Origin: Dicyema japonicum
Taxonomy: Eukaryota > Animalia > Dicyemida
Assembly: GCA_011109175.1 (NCBI GenBank)
Contig: RDEW01000021.1
Coordinates: forward strand, 259,080 to 323,079
Direction of reading: 5' to 3'
DNA length: 64,000 nucleotides
Both the position numbers and the translations under genes were made by a program. Shown piece after piece: positions 38,407-51,885 of the stretch; position 1 is the stretch's first letter, and every line of letters begins with the position of its first letter. The notes beneath the pieces are model-generated. The model saw nothing but the letters and a program-made list of their open reading frames with translations, had not been told where the DNA came from and did no database searches.

Positions 38407-39874
38407 GTTCTGTTTTCTACACATAACGTATAAATCTTTCGCCTTTTACTAAAGATTTCCGTGTGTAGGGATATCAATGAATATCTATTTTTTGTCCTCT
38501 TTTGAGGGTTTTTAAAAAGATTATTTAAATAAGATATGTATCTATAACCATAAAAATCAGGCGACTTAATTCTCGAGGTTATGTTGACGACATAGAGAGA
38601 GACATTACATTTGTGATGGAGATATTCTTATCACTTTACGCCATGAGGGGCTCTCCAGCACAGATTATAAGAAGAGCATCAATTCCCCAATCGTTGGAAA
38701 ACCTCTAGTGATTACGTTTAGTTTTCCAGTAGATCCTCATTCTAGTACAGTGATACAGAGGACATTATCCGACTGAAGATTATCAAAAAGGCAATTTAAG
38801 AGGAAACGAGAGTGACTCAAAAACAATTTTGGAGGGTCGAGGCAAGCAAACTAAACACCAAAGACCCTCGTTATGGAAGATCTAGAGAAGAATAACTGGC
38901 CAGAAGTGGATCTTGTTCTACGTAAGAAGCCCCAGATATCTTCAAGAAGCAACTAGATCGTATCCAGGATATCAACCCAATGGAGCTGATCCCGAAAGAA
39001 GATCTTCTTACCTATTCTCCAGACAATCTCAAAGATACTGATATAAAGATAGCGACAGAGGACGTCATGATTGCCATTAGAACGTGCAAAGCTTACGATA
39101 TTATGATTACGGATATGTCTGGGAAGTCTATCGGAAAGAAGAATCAAGTCATTCATTGGCCAAGTGCAAGATTGGTGCTCCAAGAGAGAAATGAGACTCT
39201 CTACTGAGAAATCCAGCGACTTGAGAGTTAGTCGACTACGGAGACACCGTACGCAGCCCTACTCACTTGGTATTTCAAAAGTAAATTCACTCCGACACCT
39301 CGGGATAGTTATCGATGGAGGAGGTTCCTTCATAAAAGATATTAGACGAAAAAGGAAGAAGGCGCTACAAGCGCTTCTCTGTACAAGCAAGTTGTTCGTA
39401 AGCTTGGAGACCTTCTTATACAACTTCATGAAGATTATCCTACCAGAGCTACTATACGGGTGTGAAGCATGGTTTTTCTCTCGTCAAAGGGATAGGATAA
39501 TGTTACTCATAGAAAAGTAGAGAAGGTCAGCAATAAAGTTGGCCTTGGGGAAAAAGCTGTTTGTTGTCCTAAGTATAGAAGAAGACAAGATTCTTGCACC
39601 GGTCAAAAATATTGTGGAGAAGAGGATCAAGGAGATCCGACGCTAGGACGAGATTAAAATGGAGATGGGGTGCATCGGAAGAGTCCAGGCCGCATAGGTG
39701 GACTCGTTAATAACCTTCAACTAACTCCTAATTCCTGTTGAATAAAGTGTTTTCGGTTTCGGATTAGTTCTGTTTTCTACACATAACGTATAAATCTTTC
39801 GCCTTTTACTATAGATTTCCGTGTGTAGGGATATCAATGAATATCTATTTTTGTCCTCTTTTGAGGGTTTTTAA
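38407..39874 (+). mobile_element. Degenerate LINE remnant (38516-39766) flanked by a 108/109-bp direct repeat
   Basis: Repeats 38407-38515 and 39767-39874 differ by one substitution and one T; interior has RT C-terminal motifs QDWCSKREMRLSTEKS, LRHLGIVID, ILPELLYGCEAW. Confidence 0.75.
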
Positions 39875-40319
39875 GAAGCTAAATTAATTAATTCTGGAGC
39901 AAATGCCGAAAAACTGTATTTTCTTAAGCTCTATCCTCGGTGAATAACTTATCCACATAATTCTTGGGACATCTTGAGACAATTTCAAGACATAACCACA
40001 GGGATAATTTTTACTCGGGGTCTATACAGGATCGAGAGATCTCTCAAGAATGTCAATTTTGTGAAAATTTTTACCTTATTAGGATACTCCGACTTCAAGA
40101 CATTTTGTGAATCAAGTACGTATCCACCATACAGAGGACATTATCCCGGAAACTGAGGTTGAAACCAGTGTGGATCCAATGACGCCACTTAAAAAAAAAT
40201 AGAAATCAAGTAGCCGATTGCACCAATTTCTTTTCAACTTTAATTTATTGACGGAAGAAATCAAACATTTTTGTAAACTGTAGACATACTTATGGGTATT
40301 TAATATTTTATTTAGAAAA

Positions 40320-40510
40320 AAAGTTCACCCACACCTTGCGATGAAAACAGAGCTATAACATGCTGCTCCTCCATGCTTCACTGTCGGTATGATGCATTTT
40401 TTCAAATTCTTGATGTGTTTTCCGCCATATATTTGTTATAATTCAGACCAAAAAATTCTATTTTGGTTTCATACGACCATAAAATTTTTATTATATATTT
40501 CAAATCTTTT
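40320..40510 (-). mobile_element. Tc1 transposase fragment
   Basis: ILWSYETKIEFFG...PTVKHGG...GVGE. Confidence 0.8.
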
Positions 40511-41774
40511 TTAAAAATACTTTGAGTTATTGAGCGACTGCCAACCTTTTATTGAAAATTCAATAATTTTAAAGAGTTTTATTTTTTACGGAAAACACAA
40601 TTAAATCAAAAATTACTACTCGCTTATAAACTTTTCTCCTCTTAAAAGAGGAGTCGCTGACCTGAATGCCATCCGTTTCAACCTCACTCAGGTTACCTGG
40701 AACGTCATTGAACTGAACTGTCAATTCCACCAGTTGATTGGTTGCTGTAACCAAATCATCCTTGATAGTGTGCATCCCATACGTATACTCCACCAACATG
40801 CTCTCCAACGTTTTTTTAGGACAACATAAACTAAATAATTGAATGACATTATCTTATGCACTTTAATGGGACATTTTTCGCAAAGGGTACCTACATTTTT
40901 TGACCTCCTAATTACGACTAAATTCAAATGTACTCTTTCAGAAGATTTGTCCATCATTTTAGCATAAAATAATAACTAATTTATTCACAATAAAATTTCA
41001 ATTTATTTATTCAAGTCAAAACCTAGGAAAAGGAAACCGTTTATGTATCTTGTTGATAATTTAAAAAAGGGAATTTCTTCCATCCTGTTTGTCCAGAAAT
41101 ACTTTTTCATAATTGTTATAGGACATACGAGTTTTCTATAACTTTTTCATAATGTGGGTTCCTGACATCGTCTATGGAAACTTCGTCCTTCCATTTCCGT
41201 TCAGAAACATTTTTCCATTAATAGTCGGCTAGAGAAATCCTTTTAAGATAGCCTTACTATCTGTCCTATCGACACCCTGTCTATACACCGTCCTAGTCGC
41301 AAAAATGATTGAATAGACATGAATAGTTCGTGACCTTGATGACACGAGAATTACGAATTACGTTAGAAAGTAGACATTACCGTACATCTACTGCTCTATC
41401 TGTCCATATATATCTACAGATTGGCATCCCTTCAGTTGTTTTGTTCCATTAACTACCATAATATCCACTTTAGAGGTCGTCGCTAGTAGTGCCAGTTCAT
41501 AATGCCGTTTCTTAAGGAATGGAAGTTCAACAGCTTTGGTTAGGAAACCAATTTTTTAAATCCATCAATGTTGTTGAGAATATCTCCGTCGGCCTTAGTA
41601 TAATCTCCTTCAATACATTAGCAACTTTTCCTAGGAGAATAGGAGTTAGTTCACCTCTATTTCTCGTAGCTGATTTTGCGGGCCAAGGTTTCTCTCTTTT
41701 CTGGTTGTTAAGCAAAGTTGATGCTGTCCATCTTCGAGCTCGGAATACTCTCACATTTGAAAGATCATCTTCTC

Positions 41775-42421
41775 GGTACTAGGACATTTGGCCGAGAGGA
41801 CATTAGGCCGACGTTTAGTATACATGTTACATTATGTAAAACATGTACAGTTCCATTAGTGTACGCTATTGCTCGAGAAAAATCTCAACAAATGTATGAA
41901 CAAATATTTTCAACACTGAAAGAGAAAAGGCCACAATTGAATCCACTATCATTTACCATAGATTATGAGCGAGCAGCGATCAATGCTATCAACAGAATTT
42001 TTCCAAATGCAAATGTGTATGGCTGCTACTTTCACTTTGGGTAGTGTTTATGGCGAAAATACAAAATCTAGGACTGCAGGCATGGCATAATGACCCAGCA
42101 AATGCAAACTTAATTAAAAGTATTCAAGCACTGTTTCTGTACCTCAAGTCATTGAGAGTTTCCGAGCGCTCCTTGAAAATATAGATGACGAGACTGATGA
42201 CGTGTTGGGAGATTTTCTGACCTATTTTGAGACAACATGGATCGGAGCCTTGAAGAAGACCATTGTTTAGTTTGGAAATGTGGAATGTACACGACAGACA
42301 GGCTGAAGGCCTCCCAAGAACTACGAATTCACTTGAAGGATGGCACAGATCTTTTCACAAAGAGTATCTGTCGGTCTAGTATCTATCGGCCAAATGTCTG
42401 TCGGCCAATTGTCTGGACACC
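41775..42421 (+). mobile_element. Internally deleted Mutator/MULE element
   Basis: Termini GGT...ACC with GACA(T/A)TTGGCCGA subrepeats inverted at both ends; 8-bp TSD ATCTTCTC (41767-41774, 42422-42429); transposase VPLVYA..YEQIF..IDYERAAINA..FPNANVYGCYFHF. Confidence 0.88.
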
Positions 42422-43769
42422 ATCTTCTCCAGTAAAATGAAACTAAGTCTTTACGTGTCCAATAGACTATACCAGTGTCAAGTCTTCGACAGGGAATTAA
42501 GCCAAAATTTCCACTACATTAATATCGGATCCCTTACTCAATTTATTGGGAAGGATTCAATGTAATGAGACTACATAAACGATCGCTCCTTGTCTCAGTC
42601 AACGTAAACAAGGCACTCGGCTAAATATAAATAAATAATTTCAAAACAAATTATATTCAAAAATATTAAACTTTGGTTGGAAAATTTCATGGAATCAATG
42701 ACTCGACTACTTCCAATGGAGTACCTCTCCTTCCTTATTTCCAAGGAGATACAGGGGCTATAGAAGAAATGCTAGATACTCTGATCCCATGGTTTACTCA
42801 ACTCCGACTTGAGATTTTCATACCAAGTTGTTTGTAAGTTATAGTGTTCAAATTTCTCACATTATACCGACTGTAGATAATTCTTGAAAATCATCTGTAT
42901 CCCCACTCTTTGGGGGTTCCCATAACCGAAGGACTGGGTGTTTTCCTTCCTTTCCGCTATGGACTTGTAATATTGGAAGGTCTGCTTTAGTAACCATGGG
43001 AACTAGATACTCTTAGTTAGTCGTTGTTCTGGATTCTAATTGGTTGTTCAACGGCACACTGTTTTATTATTTCTATCATGTGGGTCACTCGCTTGTGGAA
43101 CAACTGCCTGATTAGTAGCCAAATACACAACCCCTCCCCTATCAAGCAACTACCAACTAGTTTCCTTGGTAGTTGCTACGGGATGAGCAGAAAGCTGTTG
43201 CTAAAAGTATAATAATTTTGCGCCTCTCTACGTCTTGGCCTTAAAATGTTTGGGACCGAATTGTCGTTGTGTCCGTTTATCGATCCATATCGCTATCATC
43301 CACTTTCGTAGAGGGCGGCCGTTTTCCAAGGCATGCCTGTCTCAACATGACGTTAAAAAACGCGCTTTCCTCTGCTGGCCACTACCTTTTGGAGCGACTG
43401 AAATTTTTGTGAAAATTGGATTGTATGAACTTATATAAGAAAATTATTAAGGCCAATATGTTAATTGCTATATAAATTTAACACTATTTGCTTCATTTAT
43501 CGTTAAGAGTACATCTCTGCTACCTCTCATCTTTTGGAACTGGCATGCTACGAGGACATCCCACTGGTCTCTAACGAAGATATTTCGACTGACTCTTATG
43601 GCCAAATGGGGAATAACAGAGAATTGATGGCACACTTTTCTTATGAGAGGAGAAGGATTACCATCGATTAGATAATTTAATCGTTTAACCTTTATTAATT
43701 TAAATAATAAATTCAAAAAAATTGTTGTGTAATCTATATTTATATGTTTCTCACTTAACGAATGGTTTA

Positions 43770-44330
43770 AAAATTATAAGCAATTTAAATTGAGAATATT
43801 ATTTTAATGATCGACGAAACTGTGTAGGCTAGAAATAACTATGTTAGTTATTTTTTGGAACATTAAAGAATCCTCAATTTTTTAATTGATTGTATTCAAT
43901 TGGTTATCCCCTAATTCCTCAATTACACACGAGGTTATAGTTGATGTTATTAGCAAAGTTAATGTTGAAAGAAACTTCTATTACTCAGTTCAGATGCTGC
44001 CTCTTTATTATTTCACAAGAAAATTATGAGAAACTGTATACAAACATTTGTTACACGATTGTGCTTTCCAGATGAAATTTCATTATCTTAAGGTGGATAA
44101 ATTAATTTCATCTATCAAGGTACTTGTGGTCAAAAATAACTCACGGTGTCAGTTATTTAAGAAAAAGGTTATCCTTCTGAGCCAGTTGTAACTAGAAGGG
44201 GAAGTTGGTTAAATGCAACCCACATAAAACATGCAAAATTTTTTATCAAAGACCTTGGTCGTAGCGATGATTAAATGGATCCAACTCTACGCTAAAAATT
44301 AACACAGATTATCAATATTTGTACTGGTAT
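43770..44330 (+). mobile_element. Degenerate hAT (CGGBP-like) transposase remnant
   Basis: LMIDET...LLLSSDAA fragments with stops. Confidence 0.4.
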
Positions 44331-44439
44331 ACAAATTAAAAAAATCTATAATAAATCCATTACTTTATTGAATTTAAAAGACATAAGGCGAGAATATGTT
44401 CATTATTTAGCAATGTCCGCCGAACCAGAGAAGTTAACT

Positions 44440-44565
44440 AATTTGAGATTCCACTTTTACCATGTATCTCTGGATACGCGCTGTAAGTCGTTTCCATCCT
44501 CCCCTGTTTCTCGCATCCGCCCTCAGATCATCCAGATCCTCTCCTGTTTTCAGTTTCCTTTTTAT
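44440..44565 (-). mobile_element. RTE-like LINE extreme 3' fragment
   Basis: LKTGEDLDDLRADARNRGGWKRLT matches the end of the 57653-60599 ORF. Confidence 0.75.
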
Positions 44566-46349
44566 GCAAGTGTTCAAGTGAGTGAATTTTTTTATTTTAA
44601 GGACAACTTTTCGGTTGCGCCCACTATATCATGATAATTTTTTAAATACAATAAAATTTAAAATATAAAAAAAATAAATTAAAATATTATATTTTCCACT
44701 AAAAATTGAGTTTGGTCTGTGATTTGTGTCTTCCGGAGCGACCACAATCCTATCCTCATTCGGATGAAGCTCAAGCTCATTTCTGAAAGAAGACTAAACA
44801 TTTTCCTGGAAAACAAAAACGTCAATTGGAAGGACTTTGCTCAACATGTGGGCATAGACATAGCAGATTCGATGGAGTACGTTTCAATTCACTTGACAAA
44901 GCAGTTTCCCATATTAACAAAAGATCGGAAGGCAATGAAGGTATTTATCAGAGATCAATCAAATCCACATTAAATGTCTTGACCACAAACTGAAGAAGAT
45001 TATCAATAACTAATCGCCTCAAAAGCATCCAAAGGCCATTCACATAAATATTATGAAATTTAGCTCTAAATTTGGAAGGCAGAAATCCGTTTATAAATTA
45101 AAGAGACTTGTTTCCTCTTATCAGACTAATAGTAAAACCCCCAAAACTGGAAATAACTTGGATAATGAGGCACCTGAGTTGGTATTATACAATAGAACTT
45201 TTGAAGAAATACTATTTCACATTGATGCAAATAATTCAAAGGAAATCGATGAGAGGCGTCATACAAGAATGATTCCTTCTCAATATGTAAATGAGAATAT
45301 AATTGAAATGCTGTTTCTGTATCAGATGATTGAAAAATTAAAAAACTGCAAAACGTCATTTGAAAAATCAATCGAGAAATATCACAGTGCATGGTCAACA
45401 TGGAAATATGATGATTGAGGACAATGGATAATAATATAATCAGTCAAAATTTAACCTCCAAAATGAATAAAATACAAAATTTATGTTCACATAAATCTTC
45501 ATAATTAAAAGTAGCATAATGAAATGATAAATCAATGACTTATTTGATAGTTGTTTGATGAATCTTGAGCTTTCAATAATAAAGAAATATTAATATAAAC
45601 GAATCTATAAAAATAAAATATAAAACACAGCCCCACAAGAAAGGCGATCAGATCATGTATAATAAACTTTAATAGTTATGGTTAACCACATTAAAATATT
45701 AAATTAATATAATTAAATGTATTAAAGTATTTATTTATTCGATTTAGCATTGTGGATATTTAAACGGAGCTCAGCAAGATCACCTTGTCACACCATGTTA
45801 AACGCGACTGTCATGAGAGATATTAAAGAAGCCGGGTTTACTTGCCTTTTGGAACCCGCCAGTCTTGACAGAGGCGTAACAACTATGTCATGAACCCGAG
45901 GGATGTGTATTGCTGGGATTCAACGGACACTTTTTCTAATGAGAATTTGATTATATCAGCGAGCACTGCTTAATATATGAAAAGGAGGAAGTACAACAGC
46001 ATCGTGGACCCGTTCGTATTCTAATCGATCTTCCTTGAGACGATCAGTTATCTTTTGTATTAGTCCCATCCAAGGTTACCTCTTTTTCCGCAATTTCTAT
46101 TAGTTCACCGAGATCATCGGTCATTTTAGATTTTAGTTTTCAGAGGACTTAAAAGGCGTCCAAGTCCATCCTCAAAATGTGACCGAACAGTCTCCACCTT
46201 AATCGTCTGATTTCTATCAATATTGGTTCTGTGATACATAATTCATATAATTTTGGTATATCTTTATAGTATATCGCATACTGAGTGCCTTAAACCAATT
46301 AGTCGCGCAGCACAACATGTCGCCACGCGGTGTAATAAGAAAATCATTT

Positions 46350-46770
46350 TAAAATTAAAAAGATAAAAATGGTGTGCAGAAAATTAGAAATTAAGTCAAA
46401 CGGAAGGCCTCAACCTTTTGTTGAATAAATAATTAGAATATGGTGGAGGATGAAAGTAACAATCCAGAGATGTAATTTTGTTATAAACAATACAATGAAT
46501 CAAAATTAGACAAATCCAAAATTATCTCCTTTATCATAGAGTATGGGTTTTTTAATATTTTTTATTGTAGGCGGTGGATTTTTACAATGTGTCTAAAATA
46601 ACCAAGCAGATGAAGTCTAGTAATATCATTCAAGTGAGAGAATGGGAATCTTTTATTTTGAATGGTCGTGTAAATTCCTTTCACTCAGACAATGGGACTG
46701 AATTCAAAAACAGTTAAATCAACAAAGTTTGTCAAGAAATTCACATTGGACAAATTCACGGAAGACTTGC
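46350..46770 (+). mobile_element. Second Ginger-like integrase remnant
   Basis: HSDNGTEFKNS*INKVCQE..IGQIHGR at ~46680-46765. Confidence 0.65.
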
Positions 46771-46779
46771 AAGTTTGGA

Positions 46780-48680
46780 TCTCAATGTTTTGAGAAGAGC
46801 CAAAGTTGAGGAAGAGGATCAGTGCGGTGTATAAGAAAAAAATCATCATTTATTCCACTAAGGTGCATTCGCAATCGCGATAACAATCTGTTTGGGTACA
46901 ATCGCAGAATGTTTCACCGCAGATTACATGAAACTGGTATAAACGTTGGTACCCAGTGAAATGTTGAGATGTTTTCCACTTTGGGGAGCTTATAAAAGCA
47001 TGTAAAAGGAACGTGAATTCTGTTCTAGGTGCAACCAAACACTTGATGACCGAGCCTAGTGGAGTGTTCGAGATTCGAAATAAGTTTGGTGATTCAGTTG
47101 CTGACTTATTCAAAAGGCTATTGATAACCGGGAATTAAATCCAGCTTGGATTTGCTGTGGAGAAACCTTTTTGATTCCAAAGATGAAAAATCTAAAGTCT
47201 ATTCTCCGATAACTTGTGTGCCCACCATATACAATTGGTGATTACTCTGAACAATACTATAGAAATCTTCAGGGCCGAGACAGTCGATTCAGAAAAAATA
47301 AAGCGTGGGACCAAACATATCATTGTTTTCTAAGAAATTCTTAAATCAGGCATAGCCCCCTAAGAGATATTAGTCCTCGTAGCAGATCAGAAAGGACCTT
47401 TATTCCATCCAATTCACACCCATGCTTTTAGTGATTCCTTACTATTCTTGTGAGAGAGTGCAACGTTTTGTCTTAATATTTTAGTAAGGGAGATGGCAAT
47501 CCTCTGATTTTTGGTTTCGGGCATTATCCGTTATTTGAGTTTTCAGTCTGGGCCTCAGGCATATCACTCATTAACGAAAACTAAAGAAAGTGTGAAACTA
47601 AGCCTTGAGAAGTATAGAGGCTGCTAAAAGCTACCTCGTCGACAACCTACACTGAGAGATAAAGATCTTGTTATTGGACTGTCACTCTGAAATACAGTGA
47701 TTACAATAACTTCAACAATCTCTCGATCATTATATTCCATCCCTCCAAGTACTCAAATCCACTGAAGGGAGACACATCTTTAGGAGTTTTACCATCCACA
47801 AGGGGACAACAAAATACCGGAGGCATACTCCTGAGATCAACATTTCAGAATCGTTGTTTTTAAGGACCATCAAAGTGGAACTCTCCCGCCATGTTTTAGG
47901 AATTATCCATATCTTTATAGAAGAGAAGTACGAGATTTCATTGCTCGCATTTGACCACCAGGACTCCACATGGAAGTGAAGAATACCTGGGAGTGATTAG
48001 CGGTGCGCCGGTACCCTACGTGTTATCGAAACTTTTGTTAGTTAGTTAATGCACATCGGCGTTACCAGCAAACAGTGTTTATGGTTTCGCTTGTGCCATG
48101 TTTTCGACTATTCTTTCCGTTAGCCTTCTCCATTCCTTTCGTTGTCCTGCTCGTCTCCACATTTCGTCCAGATCGTCTGCATCCATCAATCGACCTCGGG
48201 GCCGATCACAGCATAATTTTCCGCAACTTCCTGGATGACAACTTCATGATGTTTTCTGAATGTAGAAAATCCAGTATGGCCGAAAAATTCTTCCATAACA
48301 GCATTACATGGTGTTTCTTTACCCATCCGTAGAATATGTCAAAAAAGCGTCACCGGGCTTCAAGTACGTTATTGCTCCACAATAGTCAGTCTGTGTAATG
48401 TATGGTTTGAAATTTTCTTTGGCCAAAAATATCCAAAAAGTTTTCTTAGTTGGTCTCTCTTTCTTTGATGTTCCCCAAATACCTGCGTTGTACATGAGGA
48501 CTGGTCGGACAAATCCATTATATAAGCGTAATCGCATCTTAGTAGAAATTTGACTCTTTCTCATCAAAATGGATTGTAATTTTTAAGTGTTATTGTGCCC
48601 AATATCTTTCGTCATGTGATATCTTCTGAATCGCCAAGTAAAGATCCGAGTTTTTCTGGTGTTCCTCCACATCTCTTGGT
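46780..48680. mobile_element. Mosaic of LINE remnants (R4-like RT on +; RT and RTE-like pieces on -)
   Basis: GETFLIPK..SPITCVPTIY (+, ~47160-47235); IPKTWRES (-); RLRLYNGFVRPVLMYNAGIW (-, 48319-48567). Confidence 0.65.
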
Positions 48681-49538
48681 TAGCAATTTAATTTACGTCT
48701 TTACCGAGAAAGAAGGTGTCAAAGCCAACTAATTAAATGATCTCACCACCTATTAATCTCTAGACTCTTAGAGTGGTCTGCAAGTAATTCCATTGCCTCA
48801 CAAAAGTGTCTCCCCTTGTCTGAAGAGGAACTCAAACTGAGTGTTTTTCTGACCGATCGTGATTCTTCCACTTTGGTAACCCTTTTCCAAAATAAGTTTT
48901 TGTGCTCTTTTTATGTGACAGATTGGTGCACAGCCATATTAAAAGGTGTATGCTATTAATAAGAGGATCCTAGTTTCCTCCTGTGACTTGTCTTTGAATC
49001 CTAACTTAATCGTCATAGTTGTTTCTCAGTACTATTTTCATATTTCCCGCCTCATTACATATATTTAGTGAAGGAGACGCTGTTAAACAAAATGGTAAAT
49101 TTTTTTGTTTACAGTAATCAAGAATGTGCTCTAAATTGAATTTAATAATACTTTTAAGACAAATTTGAATCAAAAAAGTTAATAGAATTATTGACTGGTT
49201 CAAAATGAACTGACCACAGTACATACGTATTTCTTCATCTTTAGGGTCTCAGCCTTCTCCGAAGCAGAGCATGAAGCAATCACGGAGGAAATATTTATTC
49301 GAATAAAATCAACACTGACAACTTTATGTTACTATAGATATGATAATAAAAACATCCAATGTTTCCTTGATGTCAAAATAGAAGATATGGACTATTAAAT
49401 GACAACAAATTCATTGAAATTCTAATGAAAAATCGATCTAAAATTAAAGTTATAAGATTAACAATAAAAGATAACGCACAGAACAAAAATGGCTCTCTAT
49501 TTTAAATTTATTTAAAAATATTTTTTATTTAAACAAAT

Positions 49539-50847
49539 TTATATAATTAGAGTATTTATGTTCTTTAAATTAGATTCTTTATTTATTTTTGTGTATCGTT
49601 TTGTCAGAAACAGAATTCCTATAGTCCCCAAAATGGCTGCAGTGGTAATCACAGTAATATTGAACGTCTCTGGTAGCAATAAACCAACAAACTACTTTTA
49701 TGAGCACTTCCGCTTGCCTTAGCCTCGTATTTTAAAAATTGGCTGTCGACTCCAAGTCTATTTATGCAGTAACATTCCACCTCGTCAACTACAAATTTCC
49801 TTGCTAACTTGTAGCTCATAGGAATTGCCTAGGATAACTTCAGGGATATACCGTGAACTTTTCGGCTGTCAATGAGCCACGTGTAAATACATGGTGGGAC
49901 AGAGTTTGTGCTACAAGTAAAAGTGAGGTTTCCTTTGTGATCCTGAACGTCTATTCTTCGAACTCTGGGTCCCCCTAAAACGCTTAAATAGAACACATAC
50001 GGAGATTGACTACAGAAAAAGAAGTCGATAAGTTCAGATGCTGGCACGTGTACTCACCCTTCTTTTGCTGGACTGGGTTTATGGTAAGGAAGTGTTTCTG
50101 AGAATTTGAGCCTGTGAGGAACACGCAGTGAATGTTGGACTGCTTTTTTTCGTAAAATATGTGGTACTTTGGGGGATAAATAAAATTCGGGGGAACTTTA
50201 AGGTAAATACATCCCAAACCGCAAATATTGTTATTGTTGTTTTTGTTGGAAAATATAAGATAGACCTTTTTGATTAGGGACCCCAAATATTTGTAGGCAC
50301 ACTCAGCCATGAGGATCAGTTCAGTGGGTGAGCTTTTTATGAATATTTTATCTTTATTATCATTTAACCCCAACCATTCATCAAAATAATCTCTCCTGGG
50401 AAATTCGTGTACTTTAAGACCACGTGGCTCTCAAGGATTGACTCTTCGATCTCTTTAGGTCCATAGTTATCACAATCTATCACGGCGGCACCGGTAGAGC
50501 ACCCCAGTTTCATGATGTCCTTAGACTCGTTTATTGGTTTCCATACTAAAGTAAAGGTTGAGGTGTCTTTTGGGAAGAGGTGGAGACATTGATACTCCCA
50601 GTGGGACCTGTTGGCTTTTATAAGTCGCACGTGAGCCTCTGAGCTGTTTAAATAAATGGACGGGGGCCAACTGTCCTTTATGAGAAAAAACCTCAAATAA
50701 TCAATTAACCAAACTGTTTGTGCTTGAATGACATTTAAATTTAAACTCCATGTGTGTCTGATAAATATTTGAGGATTTCGAGGTTATCACAACAACAGAC
50801 CAAGCCACACGTGTGAGATAGACCATTATACATACTTGAAGCGCCAT
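49539..50847 (-). CDS. Ig-superfamily type I membrane protein
   Basis: Hydrophobic N-terminus from ATG 50847; Ig-like LTINPVQQKKGEYTC, LTFTCSTNSVPPCIYTW, ECYCINRLG; TM segment ITVITTAAILGTIGILFL then KR and a short tail; some frameshifts. Confidence 0.7.
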
Positions 50848-51176
50848 ATATTATCAATTTTCCGATTAAATGGGATTAAATAGCAAAAAAGTAAATTATC
50901 GTAGCCAATCAATCCACTTTAAAATCAGTTGGATTTAGTAAATGACAATTCACGTAGGTCACGTGTAGAATGAACTATTCTTCCATGTATGGTCACAAGG
51001 TCAAGGACAATGAACTTGCTTAGATTAAATCAAATCGCAGTGTGTTTGTCACATTCTCTTGAAAATATGATAACAGTTTTAATCGATAATATTGAGATTG
51101 TGTCCATCAGGCAATAAAGTACAAATCAATGATGCAGGGTGGATTTAACAAATTTTATTTATTTTACATTTATTTT

Positions 51177-51677
51177 TTTTTCAACAAAGACATATTTATT
51201 TATAACAATAAAATCGTTCTAAAGTCCAGCGGATATGATCGAGTGGCTGTTACCTCTGACTACTGCCAGGGATATCCTTTGGAAAAGCCACTCGATTTCC
51301 CGACGCTCCCTCGAGGCTTTGGTCAATAGACACCCAAGTGCTCTAAGGAAAGAGACCGTCTTGGGGCCAAAGACTCCGCTCGTCTCGACGACCACTGGCT
51401 GTACATGGAAACGGTTTAGGAGGCTGCTGTATTTCTTTATTTTTGAGTTTTCATATAAACGGGCGGCCTCTCCCGCTTTCATTGCCGACCTCAAAAGTTT
51501 CGACTGGGAAAAGCTGTCAGTACAGGCATGGAATTACCTCCTAAACCGTTTCCATGTACAGCCAGTGGTCGTCGAGACGAGCGGAGTCTTTGGCCCCAAG
51601 ACGGTCTCTTTCCTTAGAGCACTTGGGTGTCTATTGACCAAAGCCTCGAGGGAGCGTCGGGAAACCGAGTGGCTTTT
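51177..51677 (-). mobile_element. 5'-truncated CRE-like retrotransposon with inverted duplication
   Basis: REL C-terminus KKYSSL..VQPVVVETSGVFG..WLFQRISLAVVRGN; T-run tail; 15-bp TSD TTTTACATTTATTTT (51162-51176, 51674-51688); inverted arms 51283-51423 and 51537-51677. Confidence 0.88.
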
Positions 51678-51774
51678 ACATTTATTTTATTTTTAAATTA
51701 TTTTAATTAAAATTATATTTACACAACGTCAAGAAAAAACAGTGTAACGAGTGCCGGGGAAAATCGCTGATGTA

Positions 51775-51885
51775 CATTCCGGCTGAAAGTTCCACGCATC
51801 TACGATGCTTTGGCTTGACGAGCAACGTCGTCATCAGTGAACATCTCAATGCGGAACCGGATCGTCTATAAAAAGACTCCTCACC
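51775..51885 (+). repeat. Dispersed ~110-bp repeat, second copy 53888-53990
   Basis: Shared ATTCCGGCTGAA.GTTCC...ATGCTTT..TTGACGAG...ATCTC...GCGGAA. Confidence 0.7.
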
